The notes under the pieces were generated by a model that was not told the DNA's origin, did no database searches, and worked only from the letters and a program-made list of their open reading frames with translations. Below, one piece after another: positions 26,530 through 38,752 of a stretch of 64,000 nucleotides of DNA. Within the stretch, counting starts at the first letter, position 1. The number at the start of each line of letters is the position of its first letter. Source of the DNA: Eledone cirrhosa (Eukaryota); contig OZ024742.1 of NCBI GenBank assembly GCA_964016885.1, positions 244,528,001 through 244,592,000 of the forward strand, in the 5' to 3' direction. Position numbers and translations under genes: made by a program.

Positions 26530-27350
26530 AGACAATGCAGTGAGAGTGAAACTTATCTATAAACTGACTTAGTGAAAGTTCTGCATTATTTGTAACCTCA
26601 TCCTAATCCCTGCTCACTTAAAGATCCAAACCGAACAAAACCCCCAAGCAGATAAACTGTTCCATTGTTCCAGCACCTTACAATGCTGCCCGACAGCTTA
26701 GTTTCTAGCATTTTCATGATTTCTGTTGTTTGTCATTTAAACTCACAATTATTTGCCATTGCCACTTCTATTTTGTGTTCGTTGGCTTCCAGATTCTGAG
26801 CTGCAAGTGCACTACCATGTATGGTTTGATCTTTGCTCTTGCCACTGACTCGGATTCCTTTAGAATGGTGCTGAACACTTCCACTTCCGTGGTCTCTGAA
26901 ACCCTTATGGTGATATCGTTTGCATATGTCAACACAGCTCTCTTGTATCCCAGTTTGAAAGAGATGTCCCTCAACAACTCTAGCTTTCACAACGGAAAGG
27001 ATGAGAAAGAACACCCTTGACAGACCAAGAACTTCATAGAAAAAGATTCTGAGAAGTGGTCATTTAGTCTGACCACAGAACAGGAACTGTTGAGTAGTGC
27101 TGCAATCCACCCTCTCAAACCGGGATTGAAATCAGACATTCTAAGGACAAACACCAAGTAGTAATTGATCTATGTCCCACCAAATCCAACTTTCTTACTC
27201 AACTACTCTATGATGTATTGCATGAGGTGGAGGTTGTTGTGGATAGATCAGTTTGAGATTACACATGTCTGCACTTCCCGACCCAAGCTCTCGACAGCAA
27301 ACATCAACCTCTTTGCTAATACCTTTTTCATTGCCTCATGCTTATCTCTC
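26530..27350 (-). mobile_element. Old degenerate Tx1 RT fragment
   Basis: GYKRAVLTYANDITIRVSE...ESVARAKI aligns with GCGRSVSGYAGDVTVVVSN...EAVTGAMI of the ORF2 at ~4050-4170. Confidence 0.7.
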
Positions 27351-27659
27351 TTGCTGGGTAACTAACAAAAACGTCACTGGCATATGTATGTGGAAAATAT
27401 TTTATCGAAGAGTCATTTTAGCCATTCAATAACATATAGAAAATGGGGGGAGGTAGCCACTAGGAGTACCCTCCTCACTTCTTTCACCGAAGAAGGCTTC
27501 TTACCTTTCCCAATTAACAACATTCTCACCATCACAGGGGTCGATGAAATAAAGTACCAGTAATACACTGAGGTCAATTTAATGAACTTTCCCCTTCCCT
27601 TCAAATCGCTGGCCTTGTGCCAAAAGTAGAAACAATTATTTCACAATGCAAACATTATG

Positions 27660-28230
27660 AAATACTTAATCTGTTATGCACATAGATGTATTCTTTTTTT
27701 GGCTTAGATTGGTCAGCCAGAGATAATGTGGTTAATTGTTTTTCCCACTATGTACTGCAGTTACTCATTGTATACTGCTTCATAGCATACTTTTAGTGGT
27801 TTTTGATGGTTCATGATGTGCTTCCTTAAAAAATGTGTCAGTCTCAGCTTTGATTCCTGCTCTTCTTAGCCAATATTGAGATTTTTGTCTAGTTGAACCC
27901 TGTTCACTTTATTTCTTACCATTGATTTAGCACAGCATTCTGTAATCCCATTTTTAGCTTAGTTTCTAGCATTTTCATGATTTCTGTTGTTTGTCATTTA
28001 AACTCACAATTATTTGCCATTGCCACTTGTTTTGTGTTCGTTGGCTTCCTTGAAGACAGAAATTAGTTTTTGTTTTGTATCTATTCATATTAGTTTTCCA
28101 TTGCTTTTTACGAGATATTTTATAATAGTGTTCCCATTGCATAAGGCCTTTATCTCCTTATATTCATCATAAACATAATCTGCCAATATCGGAGTTGCTC
28201 CCTTTTCCCTCACATTAGCAAATCATGATA
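27660..28230 (-). mobile_element. Highly degenerate R4/Dong-like LINE remnant
   Basis: Minus-strand peptides WLRRAGIKAET and TINHIISG resemble the region preceding and including the CCHC, as in the 28.7-29.9 kb element. Confidence 0.45.
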
Positions 28231-28722
28231 GAATGTTGCTGCTGCTGTTGTTGTTTCTGTTGTTCTTATGTTGTTTTTCATTTAAATTGTTTTTCTTCTC
28301 TACACCATTCTTTTTTTGTCATCTCTTGTGTGAGTTTGAAGTTCTGTTTGTATGCTTGATAAATAATTGTGTGTTTGTTTACATTAGTACTATCACAGTG
28401 ACAAGCATATCTTCCTGCTTCTTCTAAGACATCTTGCAATGTGTAAATTGTAACAGTTTAAGCATGTCTTAAAACATTCCTTTCTTCTACCCCAGATAAT
28501 AGAGTAGATGTCCAATTATGCCGAAATCCCCTGGGGGTAAAAAGTACAAAACAAATTCTTTGTAAGGTAATCTTAGAAGACAATATATTCTACACGGAAC
28601 TCTTTGAAAATATAACTGTCTCAGAAGACACAAATAATAATAATGGTTTCTGTTTTAGGCACAAGGCCAACAATTTGGGGGGGACGGGAAAGTTGATTAA
28701 ATCGACCCCGGCACATTACTGG

Positions 28723-29945
28723 TTATGAAGCATATAGAAGAGGAAGGTTATAACTACTTAGTGATGTTGGAAGATAATGCAGGAGGAAATGAAAGAAAAA
28801 TTTGTGCAGACTGAGACTTATTCTCAAGTTGAAACTGAATGGACGGAATAAGATGGAAGTTATCAATACATGGGTGTTATCACTCCTTAGATATGGGGCA
28901 TGGGTGATTATGTGGACAGTGGAAGAGCTAAACAGATTAGACCAAAAGACAAGAAAGATATTGACTTAATATGGGGTATTTCCCCCAAAGAGTGACACAA
29001 ACAGATTATATGTACCAAGAAGAAGAGGAGGAAGAGGACTAATGGTGTGTGAAGACAGCATTAGAACAGAAGAAAATAACATGGCATGGTACATAGAAAA
29101 TTCCACAGAACCACTGTTGCTGGAAGTAAGAAGGTCACGGATGTGCAAAATAGAAGATTGCAAAGAAAAAACACAGTGCAAGCATTTGAAGATGGATGAA
29201 ATTGAAAGTAGACAGACAGAAAAAAGAATGTATGGACAATTCCATAGAGATGTTGAAGATAGGACAGAAAGAGAAAAAAGGTGATTATGGATGGCTAAAA
29301 GTGATCTAAAACTGGAAACAGAAGCCTTAATCTGTGCTGCTCAAGAGCTAGCACTAAGAACTAACTACATCAAGCATAGAGTAAACCACGCAGAAGAAAG
29401 TGATAAGTGTAGAATTTGTGGCATGAATGGAGAAACTGTATAGCATATTACTAGTGTACACCACTAGCTCAGAAAGAATATCAAAGACATCACAACAACA
29501 TAGTAAGGATAGTCCATTGGGCACTTTATGGCAAATATGCACTTGACAGAGCAGAAAAGTGGTACAAACATAACCCTGAGGGCATTGTCGAAAATGAGGA
29601 TGCAAAGATCCTGTGGGACTTTGTGATACATGTGACCATGAGATTGAACATAGGAGACCAGATATTGTATCAATTGAGAAATAAAGCAGTGTTGGATCAC
29701 AGATATAGCCTGTCCAGCTAATAACAAGGTATGTGATAAAGAGGGGGAAAAAAATGGTAGATATGACAGGTTAGCTTGGGAGGTTAAGCAGTTGTGGTCA
29801 CTGAAAAAGGTGGTGGTAATACCAGTATTAGTTGGAGTCTTGAGAACAGTGAGTAGAGATCTTGAGAAGTACATTAAACAAATAGGGATTGCAATATAGA
29901 TGGAACACTTACAATAAACAGCATTGCTTAGAATACTAAAGAGTG
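28723..29945 (+). mobile_element. R4/Dong-like non-LTR retrotransposon 3' part (RT thumb, CCHC, PD-(D/E)xK RLE), degenerate
   Basis: RLYVPRRRGGRGL, MYGQF, ETEALICAAQE.ALRTNY, KCRICG..ETV.HI, KILWDF, RRPDIV, DIACP. Confidence 0.85.
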
Positions 29946-30429
29946 GGATGTTCCTACAGAGGTCTCCAGGCAACTGAAGAAATCAAACCATCCTGCTCCT
30001 GTCAGGGCATAGATGGCTACAAGCCTGAAGGCATGCCCTTCACTGTTGGTCAAGTCAAGCACCACCAACTTACCTTCTAGGTCCAGGAATATGGTCTGTA
30101 TTGTGAGATAAAAGCCTTTTCAAAACAACACAGTGGCAGCAGTGGTGGTGGTGGTGGTGCCAGTGAGGGTGGCGGTGGTGGTGGTGTTGGCGGCAGTGGC
30201 AGCATTAGCTGTCCTACTGTTTTTATTCAACCAAACGCTCCATATCAAATATTTTTCTGCTGCAAAGACTGGCTCTTCAATTAAATTACTAACACCAATA
30301 AAACACAGAATTATTTTCAAAATAACAGTCAGGATGGAAAGTAAAACTTAATTTGAACTTAAAATATAAAGAGCCAGAACAGACATTTTGTCTGGCTTTC
30401 TGACTCAGCCAATCTAATAATGATAAAAT

Positions 30430-30630
30430 AGTTTCTAATTTAGGCACAAGGCCAGCAATTTGAGAGGAGAAAGTTGACAAAATCAACACCAGTACTTGAA
30501 TGCTACTTTAATTTATTGACCCCCGGAAGGATGAAAGGCAAAGGTGAACTCAGCGAGCTTGAACTCAAAATGTAAAACATTGAAATAAATACGACACAGC
30601 ATTTTTTTCCAACACTTTAACAATTCTGTT
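30430..30630 (-). mobile_element. SINE family 1-related copy
   Basis: Reverse complement of CTTTGCCTTTCATCC and GGCCTTGTGCCTAAATTAGAAAC. Confidence 0.7.
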
Positions 30631-30705
30631 AATACAATAACAACAACAACAATAGTAATAATTATAATAATAATAATAATAATGATAATCATAACAACAA
30701 TAATG

Positions 30706-31134
30706 ATTTCTTTATTGGCCACAAGAGCTGACATCAAGAAAAACATTACAGACGGCACAGGACGGTACAGGACGGTACGATGTGGGTTTTGTGCGTGTAA
30801 ATATTTTTATTATTTATATAAGAAAAGAAAAAGAAGGACATAGAAACATATATATATATATAAACAATAAAAATGAAAATTGAAACAATGAAAAATTCCC
30901 CAATAGGGGGGAAACCTCCGAGGGTTATTCGTGGCGAAAACCACACAAAAGACCACGGCCGCCCTGACCACCAGGGCAAGTGCCCTCTCTCAATTTTTCC
31001 ATTTCTCAAACTACAGACGTATATTCAGAGCGGTCCCGTTCACTCGGACCATTCTCGCTACATTCACCCACCTTTCAACAAACTTGCTAGAAGGCAGCAC
31101 TTGCCTCTCCACCCTAATTTTCCTCTTCAAGTGA
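30706..31134 (-). mobile_element. 5'-truncated Tx1 copy (ORF2 end + 3' UTR), sister subfamily of 1-5684
   Basis: Reverse complement matches 5317-5684, e.g. CACTTGCCCTGGTGGTCAGGGC and CCCCCTATTGGGGAATTTTT; tail runs into (TTA/TTG)n. Confidence 0.9.
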
Positions 31135-31579
31135 ACAACAATAATAAATACTCTTTGGCATTTGGAGACAATTAACTTGGATGCTAAAAAAAAAGTTTAT
31201 ATAGGACATGAGTGAAGAAGAAAAGCAAAGGAAAAATACTTCAGAAAAAGAAAGAAAAATACTTGAGATGGCTTAAATGGAAAGAAAGAAATTCCTTTTA
31301 AAATGAAGGAAACATTAAGTCTTATTTCATTTTCATTTTCAAAATATGTTAAATATGCTAATGTTTTAAAAGCTGACATTTTGCAGTAGCTTTTGATTAA
31401 AATTAATTTAACTTCCTGGAATGATCTTTAAAATGATATTAACATTACAATAAAATGTCCTGAAGTGCATAGATGGAATACCTGCAGAATTCAGTTTAAA
31501 TATCTCTTGCTCAACCAAAATTTAAAATATAGGAGGTGCTGATTTATTTATCATTTATTTTTATTTTTTATATAATTGC

Positions 31580-34500
31580 TATGATTCCTTCTCAGCAGGG
31601 CTGTTCTGCTAGAGAACGAGTCACAGGTAGCGGATAGCAATATGGCCACTAGACATGATGGCTAGTTGCGATATAAGTGGGCTTCTGCCAGACAAATAGA
31701 CAACAGTGGTAAACTACTAGGGGATATGGAGCAATGGGTGACACCTGGAGCTACCAAGAAAACTCTCACAACCCAGTGATGTAGCTATGACAAGGTGAGT
31801 AAAGGCCACCTCTAAAAGACACCTACTCTTCGTGGGTTTGGCAAAGTACCAGATTAGTGACTGGCGTGAATAAGACCACTGAAACTGAAATTGCAATGTG
31901 ACGAGGAAAACAAAGAAGAACCATACAATGGATGCATTCAGGCCTAAGGTCGAGGGGCTTGTTAAAAAAATATATAGCAGTCTTCATTTCATACTGCAAA
32001 ACCTGTTGAGGGGCCTGCAACCTGTCCTGGGAGGTGTGGGATGGATGCACAAAGATTGCATATCCTGAGACACAAAAGAGGGTTCAGAAGGGAGCAAACC
32101 TTGACAGTTGGAACCTGGAACATCACAACCCATACTGGTAAGAATCAGGTATTAGTTGAGGTTAGATGCTACTGGCTACATATAGTCGTGGTTTTCTCAA
32201 CAAAGTTCTGTGGCTCTGACACTGGAGATTTGGATGGAGGATGGAAACTCCTCTATTCGTGTGTGGCATTAGAAATGACTGCACAGGCAGGAGTGGGGAT
32301 ACTCACAAGCCTCTGGTTATCAGAATGTGCTATGGACTGGATCCCATTAGGAGGGAGTATTTGCCTCTTGAAGCTTAGGCTGAAAGATAGGTCTCTGTGG
32401 GTGGTGCAAGTTTATGGACCAAAAAAGTAGTCCGAATACAGATCCTTCCTTTATGAAGTCACTGCAGTGCTAGATGTAGTTAAGACTGAGTCATATATCC
32501 TGATGGGAGACTTCATTGCACATGTTGGCACTGACAACCTGACTTGGAAAGGAGTGATTGGAAGGAATAATGACCCCGATCTAAATACAAATGGAGAAGC
32601 CTTACTAGATTTCTATTCTAGCAATGGATTCCCTATTATGAACACCATCTTCCAGCTCAGAGACATCCATAAATATATATGGTGTAAGGGGAATCAGCAA
32701 CAGAGATCAATAATTGATTTTGTTATTGTCTCTGATCTCTTTGATTCTATGATGGACGTTCATGTTAAGAAAGGGGCTAAGCTATCAACTGATCACCATT
32801 TAGTTATCTGCAACTTGAGACTACATAAAGCCAAAGAAGCCCACAAAACTGGCATGTCTAGGGCAACCTACAGGATAAAGTGGGAAGTATTGGTGGATAA
32901 GAAAATCAGAACCAGGTATGCAGATACTATTGCATTCAAATTCAGAGAACTCCCTGAGCAAACTGAGGATGTTGAGACAAAATGGAGACTGTTCAGTGCA
33001 GCAGTTTCAGTTTCAGCAGTTAAATGCTGCAGGGGAATGATGCTTGGTGTGGTGCCAGATGGCAGGAAGACCCCTTGGTTCAATCAAGAGAACAAAGATG
33101 CCATTCGAGCAAAGAAGGAGGCTTACAAAGCTTGGCTTGGAAATAAGTCCTCCTTCTTGCACTTGCGGTACAAGCAGACATGAAGCATCACAGCAGAGAC
33201 AGTAAAAGCATTCAAAGTTAAGACATGGGAGGACTTTGGAGTTAAGCTGGAATCCGACTTCAGATCAGCAAATAAAGTGTTCTGGCAGACCAACTGCCAG
33301 CTTCGTAATAAGAAGTCCCCCCTCCACACCTGCAATCAATAACACATCTGAGGTTTTCCTCTCTCCAGAGAGGTGCACCCTCATGAGGTGGAGAGAATAC
33401 TTTGCTGATCTCCTAACCCTGATCATAACAGCATCTTTGGATATACATGAGGTACATCTTGGAGCGGTGACTAATCTTTCAGAGGCTAAGGTCACAAGAG
33501 CAGTTGAAGAGCTCAAATGTGGCAAGGCTGCCGGGGAAGATAAAATCTAGCCCGAGATGTTGAAAGCCTTAAATAGAGAAGATATTCTCTGGCTAACTCA
33601 TGTGTGCCAGGTGGCCTGGATTTCTGGAAAGGCACCTAAGCAATGGCAATTGGGAGTGATAATCCCAATTTTCAAAAAGGGAGACAAGAGAGATTGTTCC
33701 AATTACAGAGGGATCTCCTTGTTAACTATCTAGCAAGGAGATGCAGAGAGATTGTTGAGTCCAAGCTAGCTGATGATCAGTGTGGTTTTTGCCCTGGATG
33801 CAGCACAGCCGACCAAATATTCACGCTACAGCAGATCTTCAAGAAATCGTGGGAGTATTGCCAACAAGTGTATTCTTGTTTTGTTGACCTCTAAAAGGCA
33901 TATGACTGTGTTCCTCGGGACCTGCTGTGGAAGGTTCTGCAGGAGTGTGGAATCAATGGTCAGCTTCTTGCTGACCTAATGTCTCTATACAAGTGCCCAA
34001 GTATTTGTGTTTGGATAAATGATGTTAAATCAAAACCATCCAATGTGGGAGTTGGACTCCATCAAGGATGCATACTGTCACCTTTCCTGCTTATTGTTTA
34101 CATGAACAGGCTTGACATGCACAGCTAGGTGAGAAGAGGTATCACAACTGGCAGGTGTAGAATCAGTCGGCTGGAATTTGCAGACGACATGGTGTTGCTT
34201 AACTCTACAGATGGCAATGGTGAGAGATGCATAGCTGGAATGAAAATCAGTACTGCAAAAACTGAGACACTCATCTTCACAAAGAAGCCTGCACAGTGCA
34301 CTCTACATCTGAGTGGAGTTCCACTGAAGCAGGTAGAGAAGTGAAGTAGGCTTAAAAAGTGAAGTAGGCTTAAAAGCCAAATTCACTATCTTCAATTTGT
34401 GCCAACCCTTACCTATGGTCATGAATCTTGGGAATTTGCCGAAATAATACAATCGCGAATACAAATGGTTGAAATGGGGTTCTTCCGAAGGGTCTTTTGA

Positions 34501-34845
34501 GTAACATTACTCAATAGAGTGCATAGTCCGGAGATCAGAGAGTCACTCCAGGAAGAGCCGCTACTTCTCCGAATTGAGAGATCACAGCTCTGATATTATT
34601 GGCATGTGGTTAGAATGTCTCAGGAAAGAATCGCTAGACAGATATTTTGAGCAAAACCAACCGGCAGGAGACCCAGGGCTAGACTCTGAGCAAGATGGTT
34701 GGATAACATCCATGAGCTTGGCTGGTGTCACTTGGGGATCCAGCTGGATCAGTTGGAGACGGTTGCTTCTGACAAGACCTGCTGGAAGAAGTGTTTGAGG
34801 ACTCTACCCCCATGACCCCTTTAGGAATAAATGGGGGAAGAAAAC
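31580..34845 (+). mobile_element. Rex3/Expander-like RTE LINE, near full length, decayed
   Basis: VGTWNIT, AQAGVGIL, MGDF.AHVG, SIIDFVIVS, STDHHLV, GKAAGED, CGFCPG.ST.DQIF, LEFADDMVL. Many stops and frameshifts; the 5' boundary is approximate. Confidence 0.88.
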
Positions 34846-36325
34846 TATGATTTCTTTTGACTTGGTTTGAGACCAATTTTACTGCAATGGCAGAAGCATT
34901 ACAGTATAGGGTTACATGCCTTACAGTATTTATCATGGCTGTTTGACTTCTGAGTTCAAATCCTAAGGTGGTCATCTTTGCCTTTCATCCTTCCTATGTT
35001 CATATATGAAGTACCAGTCGAGAGCAGTTGATTTGTGGAGTTGTTAGTGTCAGCTAAGATGCCTTGCAGTATTTAGTCTGATTTTTTACATTTTGAGTTT
35101 AAATACCACTGTGACCTGCTTGGATAGTAGACTTAATCTGTTGCCCAATTTAATATGATAACCTGACCTTTGGGTGCCTTTAGCAGGATCCACTATGTTG
35201 CAAGCATTTGGACCAGGTCTCTAGTTTGAAGATAGCATCCTCTCTCTCTTCTACCAGTCTTGGAAGTCCTGAAAACGGCCATGAACACTGATCTTCCTTC
35301 CTTGATTATGAGATAAAAGAAAAACTAAAAACACAAAAGGTATCTAAGGCAAATTTGATCTTGGCAGCATTAGAAGTGACAACCATGACGTACTCAACTA
35401 ATTAATGTAAAGAATTTATATAATGAAGATCCAAAATGTTATCCAATCAATCATTTCATGGAAGACATTCTTGGTAAATTACCTTAGTTTTAAAGTTGAT
35501 ATACACTTTGTAAAATGACAAATATAAATGACAAACCACTAAGGAATGAAATAGAAATTCTTTAATTCTATTCTAAACAATTCTATTGTAAACATTTAAT
35601 TATATTGCTATTGTGTAACAGGTTGCATGAAAGTGAGTTGCATGAAGTGTCTGTTAGTATTCCTCACTGGAAATGAATTGTAACCATGTTTGTGGTGGGA
35701 ATGGAATGGTTAGGATAATTGTTGTGGTTGTTTTTGTTCATGTCAGCTCTAATCTAGCTGATCTTTATAAAGTTTTTGATGCTAATCTAGGTTTACATTA
35801 TCAAATGTCCTTCAAGTATTTCAGGGGAAATTGGCTGTCATTTCTAACAAGTAAAGCAACCACATAGAGGCTCCCAGTAGGTCTTTGTGATGTTCTTAAT
35901 AGTTATTACAATGAAGATAATGTGATAGTTGTTGTTTTGCCCAAGGTCATCTCTGATAAAGCAGATCTATAATCAAAAGTGTTTCAGCCATGACCAGCCC
36001 ATTTTATTTTCAAACCTAACTTATTTCTGCTAAAATGGTTGGTGTTTAATGATATATGTGTGTGAGCGTGTAATATGAACTTTCGACCTCTTCAAAGAAG
36101 AATTTCTCTCCTGGATCCTTCATGTAGGTAATGTCCGTGAAATATATACATAGACATCAGGTCCGAACACAAAGGAGCCAAACTCCCACTGTCACTGCCT
36201 CTGTCTCTCTCCATCTCTCACTATTATGAGCAAAGTGTGCCCTCCCACTCCACCAGGCCCTGCATCCAGCTCATGGTAGTGGGATTAGGGTGCATGAGAT
36301 CCACAGTTTCAGGTGAGCAGAACAG

Positions 36326-36685
36326 TCACTCAGAATGTGTTTTACAGTCTTCTCTGGTGAGCCACACTGACAAGCTGCTGATAGTCACAACCCACAGTGG
36401 GGTATGGCTGCATTGAATCAGACGACACCTGTGCGTAGCTGATTCAGGGACACCCAGGACCTCCAAGAGGAATTTTACAACACGGTATAAGAACCCTTTG
36501 GGGCCCAAAGCCGGCAAAGATTTTCTCAAAAATGGATATTGCATGGTTGCTGTGGGACCTTCTGAGCTCTTGGGCCCCAGAACAAAGTACCAGCTGGACC
36601 CAGCTCTCATAGGCCCTGAGGACACCCACTCCCTGCGAGAGATGTTACTGTCTAGTGGGAGGGAGGGTTGTATTGGGGTTGACAA
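36326..36685 (-). mobile_element. Possible ancient non-LTR RT remnant
   Basis: RKSLPALGPKGFLYRVVK weakly resembles the SAPGPxGxPYxVYK RT domain-0 motif of RLE-type LINEs. Confidence 0.25.
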
Positions 36686-37012
36686 TCAGTCAGGCTGGTT
36701 CAGATGCCTCTTGTCAACTAGTTTTCCAAGTTTATCGGCCTCCTCATTGTGGGCCCTTGAAATTGATTACTGATCAGGCAAATAACAGCAATCTGAAACA
36801 ACAGCAGCGAATCAACACAAGTTATTGAGTACTACATTATCCAGTACATTCTTTCTAATTTTTTAACATAGTGGGGACATGAGTTTCAAGACTGCAGTAT
36901 TTAGTAGGATAATTGACCATGTGACCATGTAGAAGTTTCTCAGGTTGGAATAGTCATATAACTCTAGTTGATATCTTATCTATATAGTTTATCCATTCAT
37001 TGAGATGTTTAA

Positions 37013-37233
37013 CCCTCTATCATTTAAACTGGCTATATGCAGCCAGAATACTCTCATTTCTTTCTGTTCAAACCAGCCATAACTGGCCACTCATACTGAC
37101 ATTGAAGTATTGTTCTCAAAATAAATAACATCAAAATCTCATAGATTCGATATTATGTGAGATAATTATGTAAAATAAAGCCTTTACCACAACAATACAA
37201 TAGTATATATAGAATAATGTAAATGCTAAAGGT
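37013..37233. mobile_element. ~220-bp TTAA-flanked (piggyBac-like) MITE
   Basis: TIR CCCTTTAGCATT (degenerate here); family copies at 45475, 49479 and 57274. Confidence 0.7.
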
Positions 37234-37814
37234 ATTAGAGACTAATTAACCTTTTAATTAATATTAACTACTCCCTAATTTGTCAAGTTGTATGAGACTG
37301 TTTTTTTACTGTTATTTCTAGCGTCATTATAAGCCTGTTGCAAAGTCCTAATATATTAAAAGAGATTTGATCATTTAACAATTCAACAACACGTGTTTTG
37401 GGATAGCATACTGCCGCGGCAATAGAACGGTATATATAATTTCATGATCAATATAGCCTCTTAGTTATTGAAAAATAACTTCCCTGAAGAGTATTACAGA
37501 TTCTTCCAATATTGGTTATTCCAATAATTTGTTTCTGCCATAAAGGAAACCATAGTACAGAGATCTTTATATAAGTGAGACTAACTTAATTTTGTCTGTC
37601 TGGCTTATATTCCTAGAGAGCTTTTTTACTTAAAGTTAATATGTAATATTGCTTCTTCGAGTGATATCTTTCTATATATTTTATCCATTCATTGAGATGT
37701 CAAAGTATTAGAGATTAATTAACATTATAATCAATATATGTATATATATTCTTTATATGTTGATTTAAAACTGCACTATTCACAAGTGTTTTTAACCTTC
37801 ATATCATGTCTTCC

Positions 37815-37885
37815 TATTTTATCTGATGAAAACACAAATGTTATTGCATGATGATATTTGTTTTTGAAATGCGCATAATAAAATA
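37815..37885 (+). ncRNA. Minimal type-I hammerhead ribozyme motif
   Basis: TATTTTAT-CTGATGA-[AAACACAAATG...TATTTGTTTTT]-GAAA-TGCGCA-TA-ATAAAATA: 8-bp stem I, palindromic stem III. Confidence 0.85.
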
Positions 37886-37916
37886 CATGGAACTCTTTTA
37901 ACCATCTTTTGATCTT

Positions 37917-38315
<399 letters not shown>

Positions 38316-38650
38316 GGAGGCACATGGCTTAGTGGTTAGAGCATTGGCCTTGCAATCGAAAGGTTGTGAGTTCAATTCTCAGATCGGGTGATGTGTTGTT
38401 TCCTTGAGCAAGACACTTTATTTCACATTGCTCCAGTTTACTCAGCTGTAGAAATGTCTGGAGTCCCTATCATTCCACTGCAAAGTGGTCGTGGAGGTGC
38501 CACGGCAAAAAAGCACCCAGCACTCACTGTAAATGAGGTTGGTGTTAGGAAGGGCATCCAGCTGTAGAAATCAAGCCAGAATCAGTTCCCGTCCCACCCT
38601 TGCAAGCAGGGAAAAAGCGGACGTAAAATGAAATGATGATGATGAATGAT
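38316..38650 (+). mobile_element. tRNA-derived CORE-like SINE family 2 with RTE-derived 3' tail
   Basis: A box TGGCTTAGTGG, B box GAGTTCAATTC, CCTTGAGCAAGACACTT core. 3' part matches the RTE 3' UTR at 16780-16940; (GAT)n tail. Confidence 0.88.
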
Positions 38651-38752
38651 GATATATATATATGATAAACGTAGGAAAATAAACAAAGAGAGAATAAGAC
38701 AATGAACTAAAACAAGGCAAAACGAAAAACAATTATACTTATATATATATAT

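Noticed and set aside
37480-37560. CTGAAGA matches here and at ~29974 and ~54164
   Set aside because: No paired stem II followed by GAAA; chance heptamers.
38319-38390. tRNA gene
   Set aside because: A and B boxes are present but there is no complete cloverleaf, and the sequence continues into a SINE core and LINE-derived tail; a second copy is at 63707.
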